DNA of 64,000 nucleotides from a virus. Taxonomy: Duplodnaviria; Caudoviricetes. Below the pieces are notes generated by a model. That model saw only the letters and a list, made by a program, of their open reading frames with translations. It did no database searches and was not told the DNA's origin. The translations under genes were made by a program, and so were the position numbers. Each line of letters starts with the position of its first letter. The first letter of the stretch is position 1. This document shows, one piece after another, positions 8,249-16,073 of the stretch. Location of the stretch: the IMG/VR virus record IMGVR_UViG_2974719393_000001, positions 1-64,000 of that record; one strand, written 5' to 3'.

Positions 8249-8327
8249 GGGGGAGTAGCTCCAATTTGGCTAGAGCCACGGATTCCAAACCCGTAGGTTG
8301 GTGGTTCGAATCCATCCTCCCTCTCCA
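8249..8327 (+). tRNA. tRNA-Trp(CCA)
   Basis: GGGGGAG/CTCCCTC-T-CCA, anticodon loop TTCCAAA, GTTCGAATC. Confidence 0.9.
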
Positions 8328-8329
8328 TG

Positions 8330-8464
8330 TCGCAAGTTGTGCAAACTAACTACCCGTAGTAAGCATGACGACTAAAGTCCCCTAAGGATGGGGGCACCTT
8401 CTAACGTACTGTAGTGCCTTACTTCAATTAATGAGGCAAGGAAGGTATCACTACAGTACACCTT
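8330..8464 (+). ncRNA. putative structured RNA between tRNAs
   Basis: Perfect 11-bp inverted repeat GTACTGTAGTG (8406-8416)/CACTACAGTAC (8449-8459), plus CCCC/GGGG and GTCG/CGAC stems. Confidence 0.35.
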
Positions 8465-8497
8465 ATTCAGAGCAACTTGAGTACCGCGTAACTGTAG

Positions 8498-8559
8498 GGC
8501 TCTTGCTGATTAACCGTCTGCTCATACGGTTGGAAGGGTTCAAGTCCCTAGTGAGCGCA
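8498..8559 (+). pseudogene. degenerate tRNA-like element (CAT in loop)
   Basis: AACCGT-CTGCTCAT-ACGGTT arm and T arm AGGGTTCAAGTCCCT; poor D arm and acceptor stem, no CCA. Confidence 0.35.
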
Positions 8560-8564
8560 AATTC

Positions 8565-8657
8565 GGAGAATTGGCTGAGTGGTCGAAGGCAGCTGGTTGC
8601 TAACCAGACGGCTGGCGTTAAGTCGGTCCAAGGGTTCAAATCCCTTATTCTCCTCCA
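8565..8657 (+). tRNA. tRNA-Ser(GCT)
   Basis: GGAGAAT/ATTCTCC-T-CCA, anticodon loop TTGCTAA, long variable arm, GTTCAAATC. Confidence 0.9.
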
Positions 8658-8661
8658 TTTT

Positions 8662-8736
8662 GGGGAACCAAGGAACAGTACACAGCAGACTCTTAGAAAG
8701 TTGTGTATGCGGGTTCAATTCCCGCGTTCTCCACCA
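8662..8736 (+). ncRNA. tmRNA tRNA-like-domain mimic / atypical Ala-accepting tRNA-like RNA
   Basis: GGGGAAC/GTTCTCC-A-CCA with G3.U70; stemless D loop; 8-bp helix TACACAGC/GTTGTGTA with 13-nt loop; T arm GCGGGTTCAATTCCCGC. Confidence 0.6.
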
Positions 8737-8740
8737 AAAA

Positions 8741-8785
8741 TAGGTAAGAGCACTTTATGTTGCTGGTTCGATTCCAGCCGTCCAA
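8741..8785 (+). pseudogene. tRNA remnant (D-loop-like GGTAAGAGCA plus T arm, no anticodon arm)
   Basis: GCTGG-TTCGATT-CCAGC T arm. Confidence 0.35.
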
Positions 8786-8859
8786 TGCGGGCGCGAGGAG
8801 GGCATACTGTGTGAAAGCCAAGTCCTCCCTGTTGACAGGGGAGGGCGGTACTATTCTAT

Positions 8860-8945
8860 GGCCCTGCTGTCTTTTAATGTGATAATTCTTCGTGCTCACA
8901 CGCTGCTGGACTATCGCTGACAGACTCAACTAGGCAGGGCCTCCA
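8860..8945 (+). ncRNA. putative CCA-terminated small RNA
   Basis: 8-bp terminal stem GGCCCTGC/GCAGGGCC followed by TCCA; internal TGTC/GACA. Confidence 0.4.
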
Positions 8946-8967
8946 TTCAATCCAACCGGAGCTAATT

Positions 8968-9153
8968 ATGGCTAATAAGAAATTCTTCTCTACTCAAGTA
9001 CGTGGTACTGAGAAATCAGCTATTGCTGTGTTCTTCAGCAAAGCTAAATCTGCTGGTATTAGTGTTAAACGCTTTAGCATCGTACCGGTGTATCCACTTC
9101 ATCCAAATGCGGAGTCCGGCACGTTCAAAGTAACGGCGCTGGAAGCGTATTAA
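8968..9153 (+). CDS. hypothetical basic protein
   Basis: GGAG SD; stop overlaps the next start. Confidence 0.6.
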   Translation: MANKKFFSTQVRGTEKSAIAVFFSKAKSAGISVKRFSIVPVYPLHPNAESGTFKVTALEAY

Positions 9154-9428
9154 TGCCTGTTTACGTCGTACACGTTACTGTTCACACTGGTGAATACGAA
9201 AAGGTGTATGAAAAACTGGTCGAAGCCGACGATAAAGAACGCGCTGAGTATGATGCTCTCCACGGAGAAACGCATAATACAGATACGGCACCTTCTTTTG
9301 AAGAATGGCAAGCCAAAGATACAAATTGGCAATGGGAAGACGACTGGATGATATACACTGCGTATGTCCATAAGGAACTTGACCCAAATCAAATCAATGC
9401 TATTACAGGTATTGTAACTATCCACTAG
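9153..9428 (+). CDS. hypothetical protein
   Basis: TAATG coupling; acidic protein. Confidence 0.65.
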   Translation: MPVYVVHVTVHTGEYEKVYEKLVEADDKERAEYDALHGETHNTDTAPSFEEWQAKDTNWQWEDDWMIYTAYVHKELDPNQINAITGIVTIH

Positions 9429-9432
9429 TTGT

Positions 9433-9447
9433 CGCACCTTCGGTGCG
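9433..9447 (+). promoter_or_regulatory. vRNAP-type triloop hairpin CGCACC-TTC-GGTGCG
   Basis: Intergenic, followed by TGTGG as at 6271. Confidence 0.5.
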
Positions 9448-9482
9448 TGTGGACGATAATCCAACACATCGAGGAAACGATT

Positions 9483-9719
9483 ATGAACCCACTAAAAGTT
9501 ATTATTATTTTACTTGTTATCACTGCTGTAGCACTTATTGTTGCGCCGGCAGAAGCCTCTCAATCTGACTCAACCGGTCAGTACTGTGAAGCCAAATCCG
9601 AAACCTGCGTTGAACGCGGTGTTACTGGACCAAACGAGCTGACTACCCCAGCTCAAATAGACTGGGAAAACGACCCAGCGTTTAAACACGGTGGCTTGCC
9701 ACCAAAGAATGCCAAGTAG
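9483..9719 (+). CDS. small exported protein
   Basis: GAGG SD; signal peptide MNPLKVIIILLVITAVALIVAPAEA; Cys pair. Confidence 0.65.
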   Translation: MNPLKVIIILLVITAVALIVAPAEASQSDSTGQYCEAKSETCVERGVTGPNELTTPAQIDWENDPAFKHGGLPPKNAK

Positions 9720-9919
9720 TCTCTCGCTGAGCTACTTTGCATGTCGGAAAAATGTTTAACCAAGCTGATACAGTGATGGTTCATTTGTTTACATCCGACT
9801 GCCGTGGTGGAGTTAATCGCCCACATGATTGCGCGGCACACAGACCCCTGCTCAATAGTGCTATGAGCAGTCCAAAAGGCACTATTAGCCCCCGCCTTGG
9901 GAGCGGGGGCTTATTTTTT
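9720..9919 (+). ncRNA. putative ncRNA with H-type pseudoknot, ending in a terminator
   Basis: GTCGGA/TCCGAC stem; CTGCTCA/TGAGCAG with loop ATAGTGC pairing downstream GCACTAT; terminator GCCCCCGC..GCGGGGGC-TTATTTTTT. Confidence 0.45.
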
Positions 9920-9966
9920 GTTCCAACCGGAGAAGTGTTATACCTAAAGATAAATCTGGTACAGCC

Positions 9967-10377
9967 ATGGAAATGGCATCATGCCCTGTGTGTGGGCAAG
10001 AGCACCCAATTGGTGTGTTAATTCACAAACGCCTAAAACCTATTGACAACCAAACCACAGAAATTCGTATGTGCCCAGAGCACCAAGAATTAGCCGACAA
10101 AGGTTATGTGGCATTGGTAGCGGTAGACCCTGAAAAGTCTAAGCCAGAACAAGGTGTGTTCTATCGTACCGGTGAAGTCATGCACATGGCTGACCGTATG
10201 TTCAAAGAACTGTTCCCTGGAATGACGTACCCAGAAGGGTTGCCTGTTTGTCACGTGGAAGAAGAAGTGATTAAACTCATCAATGAAGCGTACGAACGTG
10301 ACATGGGTGAAGAAGTACCAGGTCCTGAAGCCGCCGACAACGTCGTCAACATCAACGACAAGAAAAAATTACACTAA
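9967..10377 (+). CDS. Zn-ribbon hypothetical protein
   Basis: CPVCG...CPEH motifs; followed by a terminator. Confidence 0.7.
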   Translation: MEMASCPVCGQEHPIGVLIHKRLKPIDNQTTEIRMCPEHQELADKGYVALVAVDPEKSKPEQGVFYRTGEVMHMADRMFKELFPGMTYPEGLPVCHVEEEVIKLINEAYERDMGEEVPGPEAADNVVNINDKKKLH

Positions 10378-10382
10378 GATAG

Positions 10383-10410
10383 AAAAGCCCATCAATTAGG
10401 TGGGCTTTTT
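10383..10410. terminator. bidirectional terminator AAAAGCCCA..TGGGCTTTTT
   Basis: Between convergent genes. Confidence 0.7.
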
Positions 10411-10428
10411 ATTTACCGCCTTTGGCGG

Positions 10429-11013
10429 CTAGTCACTTGGTAAATCAAAGTCCCCTTCGTACCACGTAACATACGAAGCAAGTCTCTGTGTATCAGTTGC
10501 ATCCAAACTAGTGATACGCACCAAGAATTTTGTATTAGGTTTATAAATTGTTTCTAAACCAAAAATTTCTTCAGATACAGTAGTAGCAACAGCATTACCT
10601 ACTCCTGAATCACCTAAATAATGGCGTTCTGATGTAAATGGGGTACCATCGGCATTAATGACCATGCCAGTCAAAATCTGTACTTCAGATACAACTTGGT
10701 TCATGCTATTTAAACCACGAATAGCGCCATTAGGTGTACCACCTGTGATGTCAGGTGCTTCAAACACCTCCACTTTCACTCCTAATCCATCATATTGAAA
10801 TGTACGCCCTTTAGTAGCTAAAGGTTTAGAACCCACAGACAGCACATATTCTACAATTCCACTTGCAGGCAAAGCAGGGATATAACTAGAGTAACTAAAC
10901 TGTACCCCGTTTTTGACGTTGGCTTCCGTATAAGACTGTGTAATTACAGCCTTATACCCTCGTCTCATTTCACGAAAAAATGCATAGATTGAATCTTTAG
11001 CAACCCATTTCAT
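10429..11013 (-). CDS. putative virion structural/decoration protein in late orientation
   Basis: AAGGAG SD; beta-rich 194 aa; antisense to the middle region like late genes; function inferred. Confidence 0.6.
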   Translation of the reverse strand: MKWVAKDSIYAFFREMRRGYKAVITQSYTEANVKNGVQFSYSSYIPALPASGIVEYVLSVGSKPLATKGRTFQYDGLGVKVEVFEAPDITGGTPNGAIRGLNSMNQVVSEVQILTGMVINADGTPFTSERHYLGDSGVGNAVATTVSEEIFGLETIYKPNTKFLVRITSLDATDTQRLASYVTWYEGDFDLPSD

Positions 11014-11069
11014 TATAACTCTCCTTATTTAAGTTAACGATTTGTTGCATCACAAGTGTACGTGAATTT

Positions 11070-11084
11070 GGCGACTTCGTCGCC
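11070..11084 (+). promoter_or_regulatory. vRNAP-type triloop hairpin GGCGAC-TTC-GTCGCC
   Basis: Upstream of a + strand operon restarting after an antisense gene. Confidence 0.5.
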
Positions 11085-11115
11085 TGTTCAGAACGTAATC
11101 CAACAGGAGTAAAAG

Positions 11116-11601
11116 ATGACTGACCAAAATCAAAATCCAGACCCAGCTAATACACCAGAAGAACCGAAACCGCTGGTCTTTCAAGACCTTGCTGATGCAG
11201 ATGCTGAATGGGAATACAACCCTCTAGCGTGTCAAGTTCAGATGCAATGGGGTAAGAAAACTTATCCTTTGTGGGTACAAGCTGCGAATCGTGAAGATTT
11301 GGATAAGCTGAACAGTCGTGACCCTCAGTGGTACAGCGATACATTCCGCGTAGCCGTTAGAAATAACGCTTTTGGTATTCCGCCAGGTGCTGTTATTCAG
11401 GTAACACATGCTGGTACAGCCGGCCCATCGGTAGACCGTAAGTGGTTGAAGGCGGTAGCTTATGCTGACCCAAACCAAGACCATAACAAGGTCCTTACTG
11501 ATGTAGACCTAGATGGTGCCTTAGTTAACCAAGTCAAAGGTGAACTACAAGCTAACGATGGTAAGTTAGAAACTGTAGAGTTCCGAAAGGAGTACTTCTA
11601 A
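11116..11601 (+). CDS. hypothetical protein
   Basis: AGGAG SD, 161 aa. Confidence 0.75.
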   Translation: MTDQNQNPDPANTPEEPKPLVFQDLADADAEWEYNPLACQVQMQWGKKTYPLWVQAANREDLDKLNSRDPQWYSDTFRVAVRNNAFGIPPGAVIQVTHAGTAGPSVDRKWLKAVAYADPNQDHNKVLTDVDLDGALVNQVKGELQANDGKLETVEFRKEYF

Positions 11602-11763
11602 TGGAAGACCTATTGGAAACCTATCGTGATATGGCCATCACATCTGGGGAGTTCCGTCAGCGCAATAACCATAAGCACTCGACAACGAACTCCAAAGAAA
11701 ATAATGACGATAGCTACACGCCTAGCGATTGTCACTACGCTTTGGGGAATAACTTCGATTAGG
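11601..11763 (+). CDS. small hypothetical protein (about 53 aa)
   Basis: AAGGAG SD, TAATG coupling, MEDLLETYRDMAITSGEF... Confidence 0.5.
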
Positions 11764-11770
11764 AGTTCCC

Positions 11771-12172
11771 TTGAAAACAGAAGCATTAAAACAGTACGAA
11801 GGTAAGTTGACTGCTTTCCAAGTAAAGCAAGGTCGAACCAAGTCACGAGTAGTCTGTCCTACTGAGATGGGCTGCAAGGAAGGTGATATTGTTTACACCG
11901 AGAAATGCCATGGCATCGCTGACGGTGTAGTGGGTTGGGTGATTCTAGGCAAAGAAATCCCTTTGAATTCTTCTGAAGTACTATCCCGCCAAAACATTCA
12001 AATCATTCTGAATCGTGAAAACATGAGCCAAGCAGACCAATTTCGTGTTTGGGACAACCTCATGGCTGAAGCTAAAACTTGGGCACTTATCAATGGTAAA
12101 GACCCAAACCATGTGCCATTTCTAGGTCCTTACCACCTTCGTCAATATGCCTCACTAACAGGAATCATCTGA
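11771..12172 (+). CDS. hypothetical protein
   Basis: AGGAG SD, TTG start, coupled to the next gene. Confidence 0.65.
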   Translation: MKTEALKQYEGKLTAFQVKQGRTKSRVVCPTEMGCKEGDIVYTEKCHGIADGVVGWVILGKEIPLNSSEVLSRQNIQIILNRENMSQADQFRVWDNLMAEAKTWALINGKDPNHVPFLGPYHLRQYASLTGII

Positions 12173-12681
12173 TGCCTACTAAAAAGACTCGTATCAACAC
12201 CAAGCCACCGTACAACAACAATGCTGACCTAGCGGTCAAGTATATTTGTCAGTGGCATTACGACCGTAATCTCATTGATGAGGCTACTGATGAAAGTCAA
12301 ACGAAGAAGCTATTCGAAGAGTTCATCGAATTGGTGGCGGCAAACATGCCGGACGCGACTCCTAAGGAAATTGCGACGAAAGTGATTAACATGGTTAAGG
12401 AGCTGTATGCAGACAATCGCATTAAGACAGTTCCTGCCGGTCAAGAACTTGCTGCCAAAAAAGATGCACTTGGTGATATGAATGTTGTTATGATTAACAT
12501 TATCGAGCGTAACCAGTGGACATTCTACGAAACACTGATGTGCTCCTATAATGAAATCAAGGACCGTAAGGGCATCGCTCTGAACGGAACATTCATCAAG
12601 GCAGTGGATTTACCAGCTTACAAAGCTGAGATTGAAAACGCTGGCTTTAACTATGACCAAGTCATCGAGGACAATACGTAA
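12172..12681 (+). CDS. MazG-like nucleotide pyrophosphohydrolase
   Basis: 'W..DRNL...Q.KKL.EE..EL' and 'KDALGD..V....YNEIKDRKG....GTFIK' MazG-like motifs with an internal insertion. Confidence 0.8.
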   Translation: MPTKKTRINTKPPYNNNADLAVKYICQWHYDRNLIDEATDESQTKKLFEEFIELVAANMPDATPKEIATKVINMVKELYADNRIKTVPAGQELAAKKDALGDMNVVMINIIERNQWTFYETLMCSYNEIKDRKGIALNGTFIKAVDLPAYKAEIENAGFNYDQVIEDNT

Positions 12682-12843
12682 TGGCTATTGTACAAAAACC
12701 GGACAATCGTCCGAAGGTGCCACGCACGGGTGGTGTACCGGTAGAGCCGAAAGACCCTACTAAGTACAAAGAAAAAGAGAATCGTGCAACTCGATTCAAC
12801 CCGTACGATGACCCGAACGACCCAACAAAAGCTCCCGAATAGG
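12681..12843 (+). CDS. small Pro-rich hypothetical protein
   Basis: GAGG SD, TAATG coupling, ends in a terminator. Confidence 0.5.
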
Positions 12844-12853
12844 GGGCTTTTTT
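12827..12853 (+). terminator. intrinsic terminator AAAAGCTCCC-GAAT-AGGGGGCTTTTTT
   Basis: Stem plus T-tract. Confidence 0.65.
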
Positions 12854-12868
12854 CATTCTGGAGGTTCT

Positions 12869-13084
12869 ATGGACAAAATAGAAAATCTCGAAGAAGGTCT
12901 AAAACTCATAGGGTTGTTGACCCCTGAATCCAGAGAAAAAATTGTAACAGCTTTCAAGCTATTAGAGATTGAAAACCTTCAATTGAAGGCAGAAGTTAAC
13001 ACCCTTAGAGGTAATCTCGAAAAGCTGGAAGACCGAATGGATAGGGTACAACATTACCTCACAAACGCTGGCCAAAAATACTAG
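12869..13084 (+). CDS. coiled-coil hypothetical protein
   Basis: GGAGG SD; heptad pattern. Confidence 0.65.
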   Translation: MDKIENLEEGLKLIGLLTPESREKIVTAFKLLEIENLQLKAEVNTLRGNLEKLEDRMDRVQHYLTNAGQKY

Positions 13085-13097
13085 CCGCTTCGCGGCT
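13083..13097 (+). promoter_or_regulatory. vRNAP-type triloop hairpin AGCCGC-TTC-GCGGCT
   Basis: Intergenic C-TTC-G triloop. Confidence 0.5.
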
Positions 13098-13119
13098 TTG
13101 GGCCGGAGGAACTCTGCCA

Positions 13120-13305
13120 ATGAAAGTAGAAGTTATTAAGGACGGTGAAGTCGTACAGACGTATAACCAGTCCGTTGAGGCGCTCGTGCCCTCTAAGCAC
13201 GACAAAATCACTATTGATGGTACTGAACACACCATCATTGGGCGTAAGATTGAAACGGAAGTAAACCGTTCAAAAGCCCACCACTCCATCAAACTTTTCG
13301 TCTAA
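13120..13305 (+). CDS. hypothetical protein
   Basis: GGAGG SD. Confidence 0.65.
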   Translation: MKVEVIKDGEVVQTYNQSVEALVPSKHDKITIDGTEHTIIGRKIETEVNRSKAHHSIKLFV

Positions 13306-13330
13306 AACCTAAAATCAGAAGGAAGACACC

Positions 13331-14473
13331 ATGCCAGTGAATTCAGAACAAGCACGCGAGTACGTAGAAGACTGTCTAAATGCAGAACTAGTACCGTTCC
13401 TAAAAGGTGCGCCGGGTATCGGTAAATCATCAATCGTTAAAGCGATTGCCCTTGTACGTAACCTATTGGTTATTGACGTTCGTTTGTCACAGGCTGACCC
13501 AACCGACTTGAACGGCTTCCCGTTCGAAAAAGATGGCAAAGCTACATACATTCCGTTTGACACCTTCCCAATCGTGGGTGACAAACTACCAGTGAACACT
13601 GAAATGTTCCTAGAAAAGCGTAATGCTGAAATTGCAGCAGGTACGTTTACCAAGCAAGATATCCAAACCAAAGCCAAGGTCTACACAGACTGGGCTACAA
13701 AAGCGATGGAAAAATGTCGCTATGCTGGTTGGCTTCTATTCTTGGACGAATTCTCCTCAGCACCACCAGCTGTGCAGGCTGCCGCCTACAAGCTGGTGTT
13801 GGACAAGCAAGTTGGTAAACATGACTTGCACCCAGACGTTCATATCGTTGCAGCGGGTAACCGCGTAGAAGATAACGCAATTGCCAATAACATTGGTACA
13901 GCGATGTTGTCACGTGTTATCCACATCGAAATGGAATCAGATGACGAACTATGGCTTGCATGGGCTATCGGTGCCGGCATCTCTCACAAAATCCGTGACT
14001 ACGTTAAGTGGAAAGGTGTACAAGCATTGAACACGTTCAACCCAGAACAGACTGAAGAAACATTCGGCTGTGAACGTACGTGGGAATTTGCCAACAACCT
14101 AATGGAGCAGTGGGGCGATACAGTTCCAGGCAGCAAACTAACACTGCTGCAAGGTACTATCGGTACTGGTCTGGCTCAGGAATTCTACAACTTCCTGAAG
14201 GTCTACAAAAAGATTCCAGACTACGCAGCTATCATTGCTAATCCAAAAGGTACTCCAGTACCGGATGAGCCTGACCGTCGTTTCGCACTAACTGGTGTTA
14301 TCGCTAAAAACATCGAAGCTTCTACAGCTGGTGATGCGATGAAATACATTGGCCGTCTACCTCTTGAATTCCAAGTCATCTGTATGAAGGACATCATGAA
14401 GGTAAACCCAGGTATGTCTACCAACCCAGATGTTGCGGCATGGGTGAAGCAGAACATGAATGCAATGTTCTAA
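13331..14473 (+). CDS. AAA+ ATPase (MoxR-like, N4 gp24-like)
   Basis: Walker A GAPGIGKS, Walker B LFLDE, 'AAGN' sensor, 'AMLSR'. Confidence 0.9.
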   Translation: MPVNSEQAREYVEDCLNAELVPFLKGAPGIGKSSIVKAIALVRNLLVIDVRLSQADPTDLNGFPFEKDGKATYIPFDTFPIVGDKLPVNTEMFLEKRNAEIAAGTFTKQDIQTKAKVYTDWATKAMEKCRYAGWLLFLDEFSSAPPAVQAAAYKLVLDKQVGKHDLHPDVHIVAAGNRVEDNAIANNIGTAMLSRVIHIEMESDDELWLAWAIGAGISHKIRDYVKWKGVQALNTFNPEQTEETFGCERTWEFANNLMEQWGDTVPGSKLTLLQGTIGTGLAQEFYNFLKVYKKIPDYAAIIANPKGTPVPDEPDRRFALTGVIAKNIEASTAGDAMKYIGRLPLEFQVICMKDIMKVNPGMSTNPDVAAWVKQNMNAMF

Positions 14474-14481
14474 GGACTACT

Positions 14482-14940
14482 ATGCGAAAATCCACTATTC
14501 ATGACTATGAGGTGTTTTCCGATGGTACGGTGTATTCACATAACACCAATAAATTTTTAAAACCATTAATCCACTCACAGGGTTACCACATGGTGGATTT
14601 AGCTGGAAAACGTTATTTAGTACATAGGCTGGTTGCACAAAAATTTTTACCCTTGATAGAAGGGAAAGAATACGTTAATCACATTAACGGGAACAAAGCT
14701 GACAATCGAGTTTCAAATTTAGAATGGTGTACGCAAAAAGAAAATATATACCATTCTCATAAAACAGGGTTAGCTGGTAAATCGAAAAACCAACCTAAAC
14801 TACGCAAACTACCTCCTAAAGCAGTGCGGGATATCCGTACAAAAAGACTTTCTCAAAGAAAGTTTGCTGCGCTTTACCAGATAGGTAAACGTACTGTAGC
14901 AATGATTCAGTCGGGTGAAACCTATAAGGATTTGTACTAA
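14482..14940 (+). CDS. HNH homing endonuclease
   Basis: 'VHRLVAQKFLP....EYVNHINGNKADNRVSNLEWCTQKEN'; C-terminus similar to 3963-4400 (DIRTKR.S..KF..LY). Confidence 0.9.
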   Translation: MRKSTIHDYEVFSDGTVYSHNTNKFLKPLIHSQGYHMVDLAGKRYLVHRLVAQKFLPLIEGKEYVNHINGNKADNRVSNLEWCTQKENIYHSHKTGLAGKSKNQPKLRKLPPKAVRDIRTKRLSQRKFAALYQIGKRTVAMIQSGETYKDLY

Positions 14941-16073
14941 TGGTAACGAATTTTAAAGCAGTTGATGGTCTGCTGTCGAAAGCGAAGATTAACCTGATGA
15001 CTCGACCGGACAGTGTATTCATTACTACTGTCCTGTTTTCGCTTAATCCAAAGTGGGATACCACTATTCCGACAGCGGCTACTAACGGTGTTGATTTGAT
15101 TATCAACCCACACTTCTTCGAGCAGCTAGACTTCGCGGAACGCGTATTTGTACTAGCTCACGAAACTTGGCACGTAGTCTTCCAGCACATGGACCGTCAG
15201 ATGGGTCGTGACCCAATCAAGTGGAATTACGCTTGTGACTATGTCATCAATCTGATGCTGAAAGACAACGGTTTCAAAGTCATGCGTGGTGCGCTCATTG
15301 ATGAGCAATACCGCGATATGTCAGCGACTGAAATCTACGACATTCTTCCAGACCCACCGGCAGACCCGGGTGGTACTGGTGCAGACTTGCAAGATGCTCC
15401 TAAGGACATGTCCAAGGAAGACTTCAAGCGCCACGTAGAAGGTATGGTTCAACGTGCTTCAATGGCAGCTGACAAAGCTGGCCAAGCCGGTACAGTTCCA
15501 GGTGATGTACAACGTTGGTTGAACAAGCTAACTCGTACTAAGGTTGACTGGCGTAAAGCTCTGCGAAACTTCTTCACTGCCCTTGCGAAGAAAGACTTTT
15601 CGATGTCTAAACCGAATCGTCGTTATATCAATCAGGGTTTCTTCTTGCCTACTCTGCAAGGTGAAGCCATGGGTGAAATCGCATGTGCGGTGGATACTTC
15701 CGGTTCGGTATCGGACGAAGAGTTCACAGCATTCGTCTCAGAGATGAAAGCCATCAAGGAAATCTACAACCCAGAGAAGATGACCATCATCGACTTTGAT
15801 ACGCAGATTAACACGGTGGAAGAAATCGCTGCAGGCGAAGCCTTTAAGTGTAACTTCCGTGGGTACGGTGGTACTGATATGTGGCCTGTCTTTGAACATT
15901 TCAAGGGTAAGAAGCCACCTAAGTGCCTAATTGTCTTCTCAGACATGTACTGTGATATGTCGATGCCTAAACCACCATTTCCGGTGATTTGGGTTTGTGT
16001 TAACCGTGAAGACTGGAACCATGACTGGGGCAAGGTGATTCACTATGACACAACCGACTTATTCGACCGATAA
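14940..16073 (+). CDS. metallopeptidase/vWA-domain protein (N4 gp25-like)
   Basis: HExxH (HETWH), 'WNYACDYVIN', MIDAS DTSGS, GGTD. Confidence 0.85.
   Translation: MVTNFKAVDGLLSKAKINLMTRPDSVFITTVLFSLNPKWDTTIPTAATNGVDLIINPHFFEQLDFAERVFVLAHETWHVVFQHMDRQMGRDPIKWNYACDYVINLMLKDNGFKVMRGALIDEQYRDMSATEIYDILPDPPADPGGTGADLQDAPKDMSKEDFKRHVEGMVQRASMAADKAGQAGTVPGDVQRWLNKLTRTKVDWRKALRNFFTALAKKDFSMSKPNRRYINQGFFLPTLQGEAMGEIACAVDTSGSVSDEEFTAFVSEMKAIKEIYNPEKMTIIDFDTQINTVEEIAAGEAFKCNFRGYGGTDMWPVFEHFKGKKPPKCLIVFSDMYCDMSMPKPPFPVIWVCVNREDWNHDWGKVIHYDTTDLFDR

Noticed and set aside
8662-8736. Reading the element as tRNA-Leu(TAG) or an ochre suppressor
   Set aside because: The 13-nt loop on an 8-bp stem, the missing D stem and the Ala acceptor identity do not fit a canonical decoding tRNA
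8431-8814. 127-aa ORF (and antisense 8693-8929) in the tRNA region
   Set aside because: Overlaps tRNA-Ser and the tRNA-like RNAs, and has no SD or protein-like features
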